64,000 bases of DNA, taken from positions 32,001-96,000 of the forward strand of contig JBFJHJ010000005.1 of the NCBI GenBank assembly GCA_041613315.1. The letters are read 5' to 3'. Both the position numbers and the translations under genes were made by a program. Source of the stretch: Gemmatimonadales bacterium. GTDB taxonomy: Bacteria > Gemmatimonadota > Gemmatimonadetes > Gemmatimonadales > GWC2-71-9. Of the stretch, positions 60,106 through 64,000 are shown piece by piece; the first letter of the stretch is position 1; the number at the start of each line of letters is the position of its first letter. The notes under the pieces were generated by a model. The model had not been told where the DNA came from and did not search any database. It was given only the letters and a program-made list of their open reading frames with translations.

Positions 60106-60912
60106 ATGCGCTGGATGCTCGCCGCCGCCGCGTGTGCGGCGATTGCCGTCGTGCCCCTTCCGCTCACGGCTCAGGAGCACGACCACGATCAGGCTCACGG
60201 GGTACACTCGCACCGTGGCCCCGGTCCACATTTCATCGACGCGTTTTACACCGAGAACGCCTACCTCGAACGGAAGATCCGACCCGACGTATTCGTGTCG
60301 GTCGGCGAAGCTGCCGATCGGTACACGGCCCAGGTCGAGGTGGAGTGGGCTGTGCTCCCCCGGGCGGCCCTCATCGTCCACGCCCCCGTGCACCACGTGG
60401 TGCCGCAGGGCGCGCCGAGCGAGACGGGAATCGGTGACCTCGAGCTGGGCGCCAAAGTGGCGCTCGTGAACGATCGGCGCCGGTTCATTCTCGCCGCGGG
60501 CGCCGACCTCGAGCTCCCGACGGGCGACGCGAGTCGCGGGCTGGGCGAGGAGCACGCCGCCCTGGCGCCGTTCCTGTTGGGATGGCTCCCGTTCGGCCCC
60601 GACCGCCGGTGGCTGCTGCAGACGGCGGCCCATCTGGAGGTGCCCCTCGAAGCGAACCCCGCGACCGAGGTGGTGCTCTCCATGGCGATCTCCTGGACCT
60701 CGCCCCTAGGCGTCACGCCCCTCGTTGAGGGCCTGGTGCATTTTGAGGGGAGCGAACCCGACCCGGTATGGGCGGTCGCGCCGGGGTTCCGTTGGGAATT
60801 CGCGCCGGCATGGGAGGTGGGCGCCGGCGTCCGGATCCCGGTGGCCGGGCCGGCGGAGGAAGAGGTGGGATTCGTGGCGGGGCTCATCCGCCACTTCCCG
60901 CTGCCCCGCTGA
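60106..60912 (+). CDS. outer-membrane barrel transporter with His-rich N-terminus
   Basis: SD AAGGAGG, signal peptide, EHDHDQAHGVHSH, GIGDLELGAK, LPTGD. Confidence 0.75.
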   Translation: MRWMLAAAACAAIAVVPLPLTAQEHDHDQAHGVHSHRGPGPHFIDAFYTENAYLERKIRPDVFVSVGEAADRYTAQVEVEWAVLPRAALIVHAPVHHVVPQGAPSETGIGDLELGAKVALVNDRRRFILAAGADLELPTGDASRGLGEEHAALAPFLLGWLPFGPDRRWLLQTAAHLEVPLEANPATEVVLSMAISWTSPLGVTPLVEGLVHFEGSEPDPVWAVAPGFRWEFAPAWEVGAGVRIPVAGPAEEEVGFVAGLIRHFPLPR

Positions 60913-60963
60913 CGCGCGTGTGGGACGCCGGGACGCGTCAGCGTCCCGGCCAGCGGCGGCCCC

Positions 60964-62592
<1,629 letters not shown>

Positions 62593-62664
62593 TGCCCTCT
62601 CACTCCCATCGGCTGGCTCGCACCAGCGCCTGTGCGGCGACGCGTCAGGGGGTCGGCCGCCGGT

Positions 62665-63051
62665 CTAGTCCCACACGCCACGCGTCACCAGTTCCACACT
62701 GTGCCGGTCGGGATCGCGAAGGTACAGCGAATGCCCGCCACCCGGCCACGCCACTTCCCGCTCGATCGCCACACCACGAGCTCCCAGGTGCTCGCGCCAC
62801 GCGTCCACCGCGTCGGGCGCGATGTCGAACGCGACGTGCAGCTCCCCACGCCCGCCGTGCGGCGGCGCGGACCCGGTCGGCGCGCGGGTCGCCTCGGCAT
62901 CGAACAGCAAGAGCACGTCGGCGCCGGCCCGGAGAAACACATGCCGCTGCGGATCCCGACCGATCTCCGGAAAGCCGAAGACCTCGCGGTAAAACGCCGC
63001 GGCCCGGTCCAGGTCGGCAACGTACAGGGCCGACTCGTGGATGCCGCGCAC
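62665..63051 (-). CDS. VOC/glyoxalase family protein (start uncertain)
   Basis: ESALYVADLDRAAAFY, HVAF, SLYLRDPD.HSVE. Confidence 0.88.
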   Translation of the reverse strand: MRGIHESALYVADLDRAAAFYREVFGFPEIGRDPQRHVFLRAGADVLLLFDAEATRAPTGSAPPHGGRGELHVAFDIAPDAVDAWREHLGARGVAIEREVAWPGGGHSLYLRDPDRHSVELVTRGVWD

Positions 63052-63080
63052 GCGCGGCGCCGACGGGCCGCCCCCGCGCG

Positions 63081-64000
63081 TTACCGCTCGTCCAGCAGCT
63101 CGCGCACCTTGCACAACAACTCGTCCACCGTCCACGGCTTGGCGAGGAACGGAATCGCGGGATCGAGGGTGCCGCTGTCCCGGAAGTCTCTCGCCGTGTA
63201 GCCGCTCGTGAATAAGAACCGGACGCCTTTGCCGCTGTCGCGCAGCTTCTCGTACAGCTGCGACCCCCCCACGCGCGGCATCACGACATCGGAGATGATC
63301 AGATCGACCTCGGCCTCGTGCTCATGGAACACGTCCAAGGCCTCCGCGCCGTCCCCCGCCAGCAGCACGCGATAGCCCCTGCGCTCGAGGAGCCGTTTCG
63401 CCGAGCGACGGATGCCGGGTTCGTCCTCGACCAGGAGGATCGTCTCCGAACCGCCCCCCGACTCGTCGGTCGTCGTCGTGTTCGACGCGACATGCATCAG
63501 CTCGGGGAGCAGGGGAAAATACAGGTCCACCGTGGTTCCGTCTCCCGGCGCGCTGTCCACGTCAATGAACCCGTTCTGTTGCTTGACGAGGCCGTAGATC
63601 ATCGCCATCCCGAGTCCCGTCCCGAGCCCCGGCGGTTTCGTCGTGAAAAAGGGATCGAAGATCCGCTCCTTCGTCGCCTCGTCCATGCCGTGCCCGGTGT
63701 CCCGCACGCGCACCCGCACGTAGTCGCCCGGCGCCCCCCACCCCTGGAGCGCCGGGTGCGCCGGCGTCATCCAGGCCCGAGCCACCTGGATCCGCAGGGT
63801 GCCCCCCTGCGGCATCGCGTCCCGGGCGTTCGTCGCCAGGTTGAAGAGAATCTGCTCGATCGCGCTCTGGTCGGCGCGCACCGTGGCTTGCGTGTCGCGC
63901 GGAGTGAAACGGACATCAATGTGCTCCGGCAAGACGCGGCGCAGCATCGGCAGCACGTCGCGTACCAAGGACGTGATATTGGTCGGCTGGAGGACCAACA
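63081..64000 (-). CDS. hybrid sensor histidine kinase, C-terminal part (truncated by window edge)
   Basis: NARDAM, FFTTKPPGLGTGLG, receiver with SDVVMP and KPW. Confidence 0.9.
   Translation of the reverse strand, partial: LVLQPTNITSLVRDVLPMLRRVLPEHIDVRFTPRDTQATVRADQSAIEQILFNLATNARDAMPQGGTLRIQVARAWMTPAHPALQGWGAPGDYVRVRVRDTGHGMDEATKERIFDPFFTTKPPGLGTGLGMAMIYGLVKQQNGFIDVDSAPGDGTTVDLYFPLLPELMHVASNTTTTDESGGGSETILLVEDEPGIRRSAKRLLERRGYRVLLAGDGAEALDVFHEHEAEVDLIISDVVMPRVGGSQLYEKLRDSGKGVRFLFTSGYTARDFRDSGTLDPAIPFLAKPWTVDELLCKVRELLDER

Overview
GC-rich bacterial chromosomal window; gene content and style suggest Gemmatimonadota (inference, not tested). It holds about 70 CDS and one tRNA-Cys(GCA). I found no rRNA, CRISPR array, integrase or transposase. 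Main blocks: a NosF/NosY-like ABC pair; a tryptophan/anthranilate catabolic cluster (kynA, kynU, aryl-CoA ligase, abmA-like monooxygenase/reductase, ECH, ACAD, SDR, RidA, creatininase family); sulfurtransferase-IscU-tRNA-Cys; glnA; mqnD; archease-rtcB; GH18 with a nagB fusion; an SBP-MCP pair; infA; lepB; pruA; two PAS hybrid kinases. The best candidate for an undescribed system is at 32.3-35.3 kb. There a Rap-like TPR protein converges on a 56-aa lipoprotein-type peptide carrying two copies of SGSQNSGT encoded by different codons. The peptide gene is divergent from a REC-AraC regulator across a 21-bp-period direct repeat, and a stand-alone receiver protein follows. This resembles Rap-Phr peptide signalling in a diderm. 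Other notable cis-regulatory candidates: a CutF/CruR-like stalling uORF whose Pro codons can pair with the SD of a His-rich outer-membrane barrel gene; a Cys-rich leader peptide before the sulfurtransferase; and a ~500-nt structured leader with terminator/antiterminator before an APC permease. All assignments come from reading motifs by eye; no searches were run.
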